28,077 bases of DNA from Candidatus Hodarchaeota archaeon (GTDB taxonomy: Archaea > Asgardarchaeota > Heimdallarchaeia > Hodarchaeales > Hodarchaeaceae). Below are positions 9,163 to 18,404 of this stretch, in pieces. Location: positions 1 through 28,077 of the forward strand of contig JAEOTQ010000207.1 in assembly GCA_016839785.1 (NCBI GenBank), read 5' to 3'. A model generated the notes under the pieces. The model was given only the letters and a program-made list of their open reading frames with translations, did no database searches and was not told where the DNA came from. The translations under genes and the position numbers were made by a program. Numbering within the stretch: position 1 is the first letter of the stretch; the number at the start of each line of letters is the position of its first letter.

Positions 9163-11040
9163 TCAGCTCAATTCAACGGCCTTCTCAATGTATTCTAGGC
9201 TTTGATGTCTGAAATATGTGTTATATAATTGAGCATATACTCCATTCATTCCTATTAATTGATCATGATTACCTTCTTCTACAATTTTTCCATGGTCAAG
9301 AACAACAATTCGATCCACATGGCGAACGGTCCATAACCTGTGGGCAATAATAATTGAGGTTCTTCCTTTAATCGTCTTTTCTAATGCCTCTTGAATCCGA
9401 GTTTCAGTAAAAGGATCAACGGATGCTGTAGCTTCATCAAGAACTAAGATTGATGGATCTTCAAGTAATACTCTTGCTAATGCTACGAGTTGTCTCTGCC
9501 CCATAGACAACAAGGAACCTCTTTCACGAATATTAGTTTCTAAGCCTTGAGGAAGATCATCTACCCAATCTACTCCACCTGCTTGTTCTAGTGCCCATCG
9601 AACATCGTCTGAATTTGCGTCCGTTCTTCCATATCTCACATTATTGGCGAGAGTATCTCCCCAGAGAAAAGGAACTTGGTGAATGATACCTATGTGTTTT
9701 CTATATTCTTTCAGATCATAGTCTCTTATGCTTACACCATCAACTAAAATATCACCTGATTGGAACTCATAAAAGCGAGCTAATAGTTTTGCTAAGCTAG
9801 ATTTTCCAGCTCCTGTATGTCCAACGATAGCTAGAGATTCTCCTGGTTGAATCTTTAACATGAAGCCATCAAAAACCTTTACTTCCTTATTTGCATCTTT
9901 TTTACCTTTAGAAGGTTTCCCTTTGTCCAAAACATCTTTCCCTTCAATGTAAGCAAAGCCTAAATCATTGAAGATAATTTCTCCCCTCACTTTGTTTGCT
10001 AATATATTATTATTCTGTTTAACGGCTGGGGGGGTATCAATAAGTGCAAAAATTCTCTCTGCTGCAGATAATCCAGATTGAAAGCTAGGCCAGAAGGAGG
10101 CAATCGTGAAGAGAGGGAAGAAGAATAACTGAAGAGCCTGTAAGAAGAGATAAAAATCGGCAGCTCGTAGATTATTATTTAGTGTAGCGGTCCCACCGAC
10201 AACAACTAGTAAAGCTAAGGCAATTCCTTGGATTGTGGATAACGCAGGAAATATAAAATTAAGTAAGTATGCTCTTTTAAGATTAGCTTCATAGGATTGC
10301 TCATTTACCGTTTTAAATTTTCCAAACAGTTTAGATTCTTGCCTGAAAGTCTTGGCTATTTGGATTCCAGTGAAAGATTCCTGTACAAATGCATTTACAA
10401 CAGCTAATGCCCGTTGACCAATTAATGTTAATCTTCTCGCAGCCTTTCTAAATGAGAGGGCAATTATAAAGATAAAAGGCACAAGTAAAAGGACCACGAG
10501 CGTAAGCTCGACATTAATTGCAAGCATAACGGCAAACATAATTCCTACAAGTAATATGGACGAAGCTGTCTGGCTTAGTTGATTAGCTGTTTGACCAAAA
10601 TCTCTAGAATCTGTATTAATTCTAGAAACAATCTTGCCAGTTGGATATTTATCATAAAATGACATATCGTGATTTAACACAGAAATATTGACATCTTTTC
10701 TTAGATCAAGAACAGCATCACCTATCACAATGGCACTTAATGTCTGCCTATAATAATTGAAAATCCATCCAAGGGTATTAAGAATTAAGGTAATAACAAT
10801 TAAGAGGATTATGTACATTCGCTGTTGGTCGACATCTTCTGCTACTTCGAGCTGGAGAATCGCCTCCCTTGAAAGTACAGGAATTAAGGCATTGACTAAA
10901 CTCTGAGCAAATAAAAATGCCGTAACTATAAGCAATGGCTTCCGATATGGACTAAAATAAGCTAATACACGACGTACGAGATCTCGATCTTTATAGGATC
11001 GGTCATACTCTTCTGCCCCCAACCCAATTCCAAAACCCAT
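9163..11040 (-). CDS. ABC exporter half-transporter (TMD+NBD), subunit carrying the catalytic Glu
   Basis: N-terminal TM domain, Walker A GHTGAGKS, non-consensus signature LSMGQ, Walker B ILVLDE and H-loop AHR. Confidence 0.93.
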   Translation of the reverse strand: MGFGIGLGAEEYDRSYKDRDLVRRVLAYFSPYRKPLLIVTAFLFAQSLVNALIPVLSREAILQLEVAEDVDQQRMYIILLIVITLILNTLGWIFNYYRQTLSAIVIGDAVLDLRKDVNISVLNHDMSFYDKYPTGKIVSRINTDSRDFGQTANQLSQTASSILLVGIMFAVMLAINVELTLVVLLLVPFIFIIALSFRKAARRLTLIGQRALAVVNAFVQESFTGIQIAKTFRQESKLFGKFKTVNEQSYEANLKRAYLLNFIFPALSTIQGIALALLVVVGGTATLNNNLRAADFYLFLQALQLFFFPLFTIASFWPSFQSGLSAAERIFALIDTPPAVKQNNNILANKVRGEIIFNDLGFAYIEGKDVLDKGKPSKGKKDANKEVKVFDGFMLKIQPGESLAIVGHTGAGKSSLAKLLARFYEFQSGDILVDGVSIRDYDLKEYRKHIGIIHQVPFLWGDTLANNVRYGRTDANSDDVRWALEQAGGVDWVDDLPQGLETNIRERGSLLSMGQRQLVALARVLLEDPSILVLDEATASVDPFTETRIQEALEKTIKGRTSIIIAHRLWTVRHVDRIVVLDHGKIVEEGNHDQLIGMNGVYAQLYNTYFRHQSLEYIEKAVELS

Positions 11041-12873
11041 CTACTTAACCTCCTCCAAAAGAGTTTTTTCATCCAGATTAAACCGTTTTACGAAAATCTT
11101 TCTGTACTCTTCGGATGTCTTCAACAGATTTTCATGTGATCCTTTTGCAATGATCTGGCCTTTCCTCATTACAAGGATAAGATCAGCCCATCGAATTTGA
11201 CTCAATCGATGAGTAATCAGGAATGTTGTTCTCCCATAAAGTATCCGTCGCATTGCTTTCTGAATTTTATCTTCAGTATCACTATCAATTGCACTTGTTG
11301 AATCATCTAAAACTAAAATGCGGGGATCAGTAAGGAATGCCCTTGCGATGGCTATTCGTTGACGTTGGCCACCACTTAACTGTACTCCTCTTTCCCCAAC
11401 TTCACTCTCATATTTCTCTGGAAGTTGCTCAATAAATTCATCTGCTTGTGCTTCTCTTGCTACACGTTGAATTTCTCCAATTTCGCTGGTTCGACCAAAG
11501 GAAATATTTTCAGAGATTTTATCAGAGAAAAGAAATGTATCTTGTTCGATATAAGAAATTTGACTTCGAAGGGATTCTAACTTCCAATCTCGGACATCTA
11601 TATCGTCTATTAATATTCGACCTTCATTTGGATCATATAAACGAGAAAGAAACTTTGTAACGGTTGTTTTTCCGGATCCTGTTGTACCTACAATTGCCAC
11701 TGTTTGTCCAGGAGCAACTATTAAGTTGATTTTATCCAACACGTTTTTATCAGATCCTGGATACGAGAAAGATACATTTTCAAATACTACCTTTCCATCA
11801 ATCTTTTTTTCAACTCCCTCGAGATTTTCGTCAATCTCAGATTCCTTTGTCATAATATCAAGTAAGCGATCAGCCCCTGAAATGGCTAATTGAATCAAAG
11901 CAAACACCCAAATAGAAATGAATGTTGGAAATCGAAGATTTGAGATTAATCCCACATAAGAGATGATAGCTCCCAAAGTTAATTTCTCATCTATATATAA
12001 AATAATTCCATGACCTAAAGCAGCAGTAATAGCCAAACCGATTAAGAGTAAAGGAATATATTTTGCCATAATCCTCCCTTGTTCCACAAATGCATCCCTG
12101 TATCCTTTAGCATTTGTGAAATATCGATTAAGTTCATACTCTTCGGTGGTACTTCCTTTTACAACTTCTATTCCGGAGAGGGTTTCATTGAGAACCGCAT
12201 TCATCGCTCCAAATTCTCCTCGTAATTTATTTGCGACTGGATCTAATTGTCTTGTGTAACCTCTTAGAGTGAAAACAAACAAGATAACAAATATTATTGG
12301 AGTAACAAGAAGGTCGAGTGGATAAAATATTGCTACGAACAAAATTGGTATCAACAATCGCATAATAGCCTCAAATAGTAATGATAATCCCGGAGAAACC
12401 ATAAAATTCAACATTCTAACATCATTTGTCGCTCGGGCCATAATGTCCCCAATACGTTGAGATTCATGGAACGATTGACTTTTTCCCAGTAGACTGACGT
12501 AAAATTCATGACGTGTATCCCTTTCTATTCGTTGGGCAAGGTTTTCTCGTGTTAAACTCGTCAATAGACTGAGTAAAGGAGAACCTACTGCGAAAATGAA
12601 AAATAGTAGTGTGTAGAACACTAGATTTGTACTGTCTCCTGCACTAAATTCATCAATAGCCACACCAATAAGAACCATAAAACCAGAACCAAGTAAAGAT
12701 GAAAGAATAGTACCCATAAAGATTATAACGACAATCAGCTTGTTGGGACCTGAAAGAAGATGAGCAATAATCCACCTTCGTGAACTGGTGCGAACATGAG
12801 AAAATTTATCCTCTTCTGGTGAAAATTCCGCTTTTGTGCTATCATTCGATGAATTTGAAAATGTTTTCTGCAT
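11041..12873 (-). CDS. ABC exporter half-transporter (TMD+NBD), subunit with degenerate Walker B
   Basis: Walker A GTTGSGKT, signature LSGGQ, Walker B ILVLDD (Glu replaced by Asp) and THR. Its TAG abuts the partner ATG, and GGAGGT within its last codons provides the RBS. Confidence 0.93.
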   Translation of the reverse strand: MQKTFSNSSNDSTKAEFSPEEDKFSHVRTSSRRWIIAHLLSGPNKLIVVIIFMGTILSSLLGSGFMVLIGVAIDEFSAGDSTNLVFYTLLFFIFAVGSPLLSLLTSLTRENLAQRIERDTRHEFYVSLLGKSQSFHESQRIGDIMARATNDVRMLNFMVSPGLSLLFEAIMRLLIPILFVAIFYPLDLLVTPIIFVILFVFTLRGYTRQLDPVANKLRGEFGAMNAVLNETLSGIEVVKGSTTEEYELNRYFTNAKGYRDAFVEQGRIMAKYIPLLLIGLAITAALGHGIILYIDEKLTLGAIISYVGLISNLRFPTFISIWVFALIQLAISGADRLLDIMTKESEIDENLEGVEKKIDGKVVFENVSFSYPGSDKNVLDKINLIVAPGQTVAIVGTTGSGKTTVTKFLSRLYDPNEGRILIDDIDVRDWKLESLRSQISYIEQDTFLFSDKISENISFGRTSEIGEIQRVAREAQADEFIEQLPEKYESEVGERGVQLSGGQRQRIAIARAFLTDPRILVLDDSTSAIDSDTEDKIQKAMRRILYGRTTFLITHRLSQIRWADLILVMRKGQIIAKGSHENLLKTSEEYRKIFVKRFNLDEKTLLEEVK

Positions 12874-13057
12874 ATGACCAGATATCCTGTCTTCTTCTAC
12901 CTAGAAAACCTAGAGGTTGTAGTCTTGGGAATACAAATGAAATTATTTCTCTCAAGGAGAGTTATCTGGAATTTTAATTTAGGCTAGAAAATAGTTTTGT
13001 ATTTTTACCGACCATTAAGGATTTGATATTTTCAAGACAAACTGTTAGGAAACAAAA

Positions 13058-14287
13058 TTAATTTCCTTTATGCTTTCTAAAATGTACACTTATGAGGAGA
13101 GCTATCAGTAAGAGAAATATACTGGATAAATCTATTGATTGAGAGGAGTTTTGTGATAAATTGTTAATATAGGAGGAGCTTGTAGAGTCAAGAATTAAAT
13201 CTTCAGAAATTATTACTGGGGCTAATTCATATGTTCCCTGAATTAACTCTAACTGAGTATCAATATTATCTCCGTCATGGTCAGACAAATCTAACACTTG
13301 TCGTCCATAAATACTGGTTAGATATACCAAAACAGCAGTTGTTTTGGCAGATTCCAACGGATAAGTCAGGTTCAATTCAGGATTGGCAAGTGTGTCCTCA
13401 GGACGATGATAATATTGATCTCTACCGCTGTGTACAAATAATGCTGGAAATTTTTTAAGCCAGAAGGCTCCATGATCCGAATGTAGAGTAAAAACATCAT
13501 TTGTGCCCGCAGCCTTCGTATAAATATATCCTTCACCCAGAACACTCGATATTCGGACGGTAAAATTTCCCCACTCCTCGTATTTAGCTGAACTCCACAA
13601 TACATTATCTCCTTTAAACATGAAGGCCTGTTTTTCGTTTATGGGCTGTTGGGGATCATTGAATAATATCATATCCGCATTTATACAGATCAACACTTCT
13701 TTACCTATCTTAACAAGGTAATCGACCACCTCAAATGATCCATATAACGCTGCTTCCTCTCCATTGAACGCTACAAAATAGATATCATAATTAAAGGGTA
13801 TAGAGGAACTTAGTGAGCTTAATGCTCGCGCTACCTCTAATAAATGACCCACTCCTCCCGCATTATCATTCGCCCCTGGTGTGATGGATACTGTATCAAA
13901 ATGAGCTCCAACAACAATAATTTTATTACTAGTTGCGTGAAGTTTGCCTGGTAGAATTCCGACCACACTTTTATGAGACCCTATAATCTCTACTGAAATA
14001 TTTGGACTAAAATTGGTTAGAGTGGTGGATAACCAACTAATAGTCTGAGTATTTCCCTCTGCAGTAAGGGAACGAATGCCTATCTCTTCAGTAAGATACT
14101 TGATCCAGAACTGGAAGTTTTCCATATCTGGAATATTAAAAATACTGACAGGATCTAAATTTAGACTAGGAGTACTTCTAGAACTTCCCATAAGTCCATT
14201 TATATCTAAATGACTATATGCCAACGAAAACGAAGTAATTACGAGGATGAAAACAATTTTCGTCTTTTTGAAGTATATAGTTGTCAC
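13058..14287 (-). CDS. Secreted M28 family metallopeptidase with C-terminal membrane anchor
   Basis: Signal-like N-terminus, VGAHFDT, PGANDNAGG, FNGEE, NADM, SDH and YYH..ED. A DHDGD Ca-binding-like motif precedes a Ser-rich linker, TM segment and RKHK tail. Confidence 0.9.
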   Translation of the reverse strand: MTTIYFKKTKIVFILVITSFSLAYSHLDINGLMGSSRSTPSLNLDPVSIFNIPDMENFQFWIKYLTEEIGIRSLTAEGNTQTISWLSTTLTNFSPNISVEIIGSHKSVVGILPGKLHATSNKIIVVGAHFDTVSITPGANDNAGGVGHLLEVARALSSLSSSIPFNYDIYFVAFNGEEAALYGSFEVVDYLVKIGKEVLICINADMILFNDPQQPINEKQAFMFKGDNVLWSSAKYEEWGNFTVRISSVLGEGYIYTKAAGTNDVFTLHSDHGAFWLKKFPALFVHSGRDQYYHRPEDTLANPELNLTYPLESAKTTAVLVYLTSIYGRQVLDLSDHDGDNIDTQLELIQGTYELAPVIISEDLILDSTSSSYINNLSQNSSQSIDLSSIFLLLIALLISVHFRKHKGN

Positions 14288-14394
14288 AATTATTCATTTA
14301 ACTTCGATCTGAGTTGGTTATATATTAAGTTCTTACAAAAGAAAAGGAAAACAAAGAACTTTGTTAGAATAGGGAAATTGGATAACCTAAAATG

Positions 14395-17097
14395 TTACAC
14401 TCTTGTGCTTTGGATGAATGGTCGTTGTTTTGCGTGCTCTTTTTCCCATCTTATTCGTTCTGAGCGCAATCGGAAAAGGTCTACATCCTTGTAAATAATG
14501 GATTCCTCCTTAGGAGGAATATTTCTTTCCTGTCGTTCTCTCTCTGGAGTGAATATAAACGAATTTCCGATTTCTGCTATGTTTGCAAAGAAACAGTATG
14601 CAAAAATCGATCTTCGGGCATCAAAGTGAACAGCTTTAAAATCTTCGGTGACTGGTGTAAATGCAGGGTTGAATATCAAATCTACGGGTGGATCAGCATT
14701 TTTAAGTTCTACCCGTAAATCCATATCCAAAAAGTCTCTACAAATAGCAATGGCCATGGTCCCATACTCCGTTATCCCAACAATTGTCTCTCTTTGACCT
14801 GTTTCTAAGTCAATACCTTCCTTAAATCGTCTTCCCTGGTAATGGATGATTGCAGGAATATGTTTCTCTTGTTGCCAAAGGATTCCAGTAGGGCCTATTA
14901 TTAGGCTTATATTTCTCTGTGTTTCCTGATCATGGTAGGATCCAGGGATGATATACATATTGTAGTTGTTAGCTAGTGTAGTAATTTCATCGACTAATTC
15001 CTGATAATTAAGATCTATGGCAAGTTCTGGGAAGATTATAATACTTGCTTCCTTCGTATGTGCTTCTATTGTCAGCTCTTTTACTTTCTTTCTTACCGTG
15101 GGTATCAATTCTTTTTTGAGAAGAAATAAGCCTTCTCTCTGCTCAGTATAGAACTCGTGTAACAAGTCGCCTGATATAGATTTACCGATTTGTGCTATAG
15201 CTACTCGAAATTTCGGTTTTTCGACAATTGAGGTTTCTTTCAAGAGATTTACATATCTTAGGCGATACTTACGTTTGGGTAGAATTTCAAATGGTATTGT
15301 AATACCTTTTGCCCTAATGGAATACTGATTGATTTCCTCCTCTGTTATTTCAGGGCGTTCCTTCCCGATTCCTGTTATCATTTCTTCTAATCGTGTTAAC
15401 TCGAGACGTTCGTTTAATGGAGCTTTTTGTTTGACTAGATACTCCCATTTCTCTATCTGTGTTTCGAGTAATGTTTTTTCACTATAAATTTTGATTGCTA
15501 AATTCCGTAAACCCTTTCTTTCGGCTGTTACTAATGCTTGTTCTAGCAGCTTCTTTGCTGTTTGTACATCCATTTCTAGTAGCGCCAGTTTGGATTGAAG
15601 AACGTATGTTTCAATCAGTAGGGAATGAGAGACCTGTTTTTTTGCGATGTTATGGAGTTTCTCAATTAAGTCTTTGACTTCATTAAGGATTTCATCTTCT
15701 CCCGTCATTTTCAATTCAAATAACAACAAATCACAAAGATGGACCATTGCGGTAACAGTAAGTTTATGATTTACACTCTCATCTTCCACTACTTCCAATA
15801 GTAGTTCTTCAGCTTTCATTTTATGAAGAGTTCTTTTGCGAGATTTCAATATGAGGGCATGAGCGATGAGATAGCGATGTTTAACCGTTTTATTTTTAGT
15901 TCTCTCGAAGATCTGTTTGAGATTTTCTAAATGTTCTTCTGCAAGTTCAAGTTCATTACTATCAAATCCTAACAAAACTAGTTCATAGAGAACTTTAGCT
16001 GCTGAAGTATCGTTTTTTAACTCCTCATACATCGTTAAGCTTCGTTCATAATACTTTAATGCCCAATCAGGATTTCTTTTCTTTCTGTACAATTCACCTA
16101 TATTTATAAGTGACATAGCAATATCTTGCTTGATTCCTAGCTCCTCATATAACGTGAGACTTTCTTGGTAGTACTCTAGTGCAAGGTTGATGTCTCCTTT
16201 TAGCTGGTAGACATCACCAAGGTTGTTTAGAGCTAATGCAATTCCTTTTTTGTCCTTAATTTTCTCATAAATTTTTTGTCCTTTTTGGTAATGCTCCAAT
16301 GCGTTTGGAAGCTCTCCCTTCAGTCTATAAATGGCCCCTAAATTTATGAGAGTCATTGCTATATCTGGTTCATTTCCTAATTCTTGTCTAATTTCATAGG
16401 TCCTTAGAAAATATGCTAATGCTTTTTCCTGGTCACCTATTGACGAATAGGTGATTCCTATATTGTTGACTAATTTAGCAATACTCTCTTTATCCCTAAA
16501 GTCTTCATAGATATGTAAACTTTGCTGATAGTATTCTAATGCGGAGCTAAATTCCCCTTTTGATTGATAAATCAGTCCTAAATTATTGAGTGATTCTGCG
16601 ATCCCTTTTACGTCCTTCTCCTCTCTAGAAATTCCTAGACCCTCCTCAAGAAATAAAACCGCTTCGTCCAGATTCCCCATATACCAGTAAATTATCCCTC
16701 TATGTCGTAATATTGCTTTCTTCTTTGAAATAACGGCTTTTTCCTTTCCTCCTTCCTGTATTAGCTTCTCCCCTTTAAGTAATGAGTCGAGTCCTTCCTC
16801 CAAATTCCCTAGCCGCCAAGAAATTTCTGCATTGAGTATATATGCGTCGATTACTTGCAAAGAATTTATCATTTTTCTATCTAAAGATATTAGTTCTTCT
16901 ACTATTACCTGTGCTTTCTTAAATTCCCCTAATTTCGTTCTTATCCTACATTCGAGCAATAAACTAGCGATTTTGTCATCACCGGTTATTTTATCCTTTG
17001 AAGAAAGTTCTTCTATAACTTCAAGAGCATTCTTATACTCACCCTGCTTCAGTAACTGTTCCACCTGCTTTAAGTTCTCTTGAACTGAATTTTTCAT
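14395..17097 (-). CDS. TPR-repeat protein fused to a C-terminal carbon-nitrogen hydrolase (nitrilase superfamily) domain
   Basis: At least six 40-aa TPRs (e.g. SLNNLGLIYQSKGEFSSALEYYQQSL). The C-terminal domain starts near 15213 with RVAIAQ, IIIFPEL (Glu), IIPGS, QEKHIP (Lys), IAICRDF (Cys) and FFAN..G.S. The start is ATG 17097 or TTG 17112. Confidence 0.88.
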   Translation of the reverse strand: MKNSVQENLKQVEQLLKQGEYKNALEVIEELSSKDKITGDDKIASLLLECRIRTKLGEFKKAQVIVEELISLDRKMINSLQVIDAYILNAEISWRLGNLEEGLDSLLKGEKLIQEGGKEKAVISKKKAILRHRGIIYWYMGNLDEAVLFLEEGLGISREEKDVKGIAESLNNLGLIYQSKGEFSSALEYYQQSLHIYEDFRDKESIAKLVNNIGITYSSIGDQEKALAYFLRTYEIRQELGNEPDIAMTLINLGAIYRLKGELPNALEHYQKGQKIYEKIKDKKGIALALNNLGDVYQLKGDINLALEYYQESLTLYEELGIKQDIAMSLINIGELYRKKRNPDWALKYYERSLTMYEELKNDTSAAKVLYELVLLGFDSNELELAEEHLENLKQIFERTKNKTVKHRYLIAHALILKSRKRTLHKMKAEELLLEVVEDESVNHKLTVTAMVHLCDLLLFELKMTGEDEILNEVKDLIEKLHNIAKKQVSHSLLIETYVLQSKLALLEMDVQTAKKLLEQALVTAERKGLRNLAIKIYSEKTLLETQIEKWEYLVKQKAPLNERLELTRLEEMITGIGKERPEITEEEINQYSIRAKGITIPFEILPKRKYRLRYVNLLKETSIVEKPKFRVAIAQIGKSISGDLLHEFYTEQREGLFLLKKELIPTVRKKVKELTIEAHTKEASIIIFPELAIDLNYQELVDEITTLANNYNMYIIPGSYHDQETQRNISLIIGPTGILWQQEKHIPAIIHYQGRRFKEGIDLETGQRETIVGITEYGTMAIAICRDFLDMDLRVELKNADPPVDLIFNPAFTPVTEDFKAVHFDARRSIFAYCFFANIAEIGNSFIFTPERERQERNIPPKEESIIYKDVDLFRLRSERIRWEKEHAKQRPFIQSTRV

Positions 17098-17329
17098 TTT
17101 ACGTTCTTCCAAAACAGGATTTTGTTCAAAATCTTAGCTTTTCGTAACTTCTCTATGTATTTTTTGATTTATGCTTTCTTTAATTTTATGAAAGCTCTTG
17201 TTGAGATTCCGAACTAGTCCAAGTCTGAGTGAATAATAATTGATCGATAGTTTTGCCTGAATTTAAAGATCTATAAATATTTGCAGTCTAATTCCTCTTA
17301 GTTTATCCAAAATATTATATGTGAGAAAA

Positions 17330-17551
17330 ATGGAAAAAGACTGAATAAAAAGAACTCTAAAACTTATTGGAATAGCTGAATGGATACTAGGAATCTTTGC
17401 TTTTATCTCATGCTATTTGACCGTCAATACTCCTTATGATAGTCCAGGTAACTTGGAAAACATTATTTTCTATGGATTATTTGGCGTTGCATTGTTTCTT
17501 TCAGGTACATTCACCTATCTGAAAAGTCTAGATTTCCTTGAAAACTCTTGA
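17330..17551 (+). pseudogene. Small two-TM membrane protein ORF interrupted by an in-frame TGA at codon 5
   Basis: MEKD*IKRTLKLIGIAEWILGIFAFISCYLTVNTPYDSPGNLENIIFYGLFGVALFLSGTFTYLKSLDFLENS*, with TGA at 17342-17344. Confidence 0.55.
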
Positions 17552-17608
17552 AAAACCTTAAAGATATAGATGTAACTAAATAAATAAAATCGTATTGAGC
17601 TGGTTTCA

Positions 17609-18238
17609 ATGGCTGATTCAACCATTTTCCGTATCCTGTTAATTCTGCTTTATGGAGTATTTGGAAGCATTAGAATCTATTATCGGACACGAAGTTTAGC
17701 TCCCAAGAATCAAAGTACTGAACAGAAAGAGGGGATTGAGAAAATTGGTGGTTGGGTTGGTATTATCCTGTCAATAGGGATTATAGGAATGTTTCTTTCT
17801 CTTATTCTCTACTTACTTGCACCTACCTGGTTTCTTTGGCCCCAACTTCCATTTCCAGTTCTAGTACAAGTTATTGGAGTACTTACTGGATTTAGTACCA
17901 TTCCGCTATTAATTTGGACTCATAAAACCCTTGGGAAATATTATGCTCCAGTCTTAGAACTCAAAGAAAAGCATAAGGTAATCGATTTTGGACCATACTC
18001 CTATGTTCGTCATCCTATGTATGTAGTCTTTATCCTTTTTACCCTATCAATGGCTCTAATCACGGTAAATCTATTTGTCACCATTTTCTCAATAGTAGTT
18101 GCCATTCAATTTCCATTTATCGCAAGAAAAGAAGAACAGATGTTACTCAAAGAGCTTGGTAGTGAATATCAAGACTATATGAGGCGTACAGGTCGATTTT
18201 TTCCTAATTTTCTTAAATCAGAAAACGAAATTAATTGA
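17609..18238 (+). CDS. Isoprenylcysteine carboxyl methyltransferase (ICMT/Ste14/PEMT-like) family membrane protein
   Basis: Multi-TM protein with LGKYY, H..I..GPYSYVRHPMY, EE..L...G.EY..Y...T.RF.P. Confidence 0.88.
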   Translation: MADSTIFRILLILLYGVFGSIRIYYRTRSLAPKNQSTEQKEGIEKIGGWVGIILSIGIIGMFLSLILYLLAPTWFLWPQLPFPVLVQVIGVLTGFSTIPLLIWTHKTLGKYYAPVLELKEKHKVIDFGPYSYVRHPMYVVFILFTLSMALITVNLFVTIFSIVVAIQFPFIARKEEQMLLKELGSEYQDYMRRTGRFFPNFLKSENEIN

Positions 18239-18404
18239 AATTGTGGTCAAATGATAGTTGTTGTAAATCTAAGTTAGACAAATTTTTTGATCTTTAATGT
18301 CGTTAAGAACTGTGCTTTCCAAAAATTTTTTATTCGGATGATTTGCCCGGTTTGTCATTCTTTTTGTGTTTCATGAAAGTTCAAAGAACAGACCGTGAGG
18401 ACTG

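Noticed and set aside
18338-18376. MICPVCHSFCVS* CPxC-like peptide between convergent genes
   Set aside because: Only 12 codons, with no RBS or promoter, in a probable terminator region.
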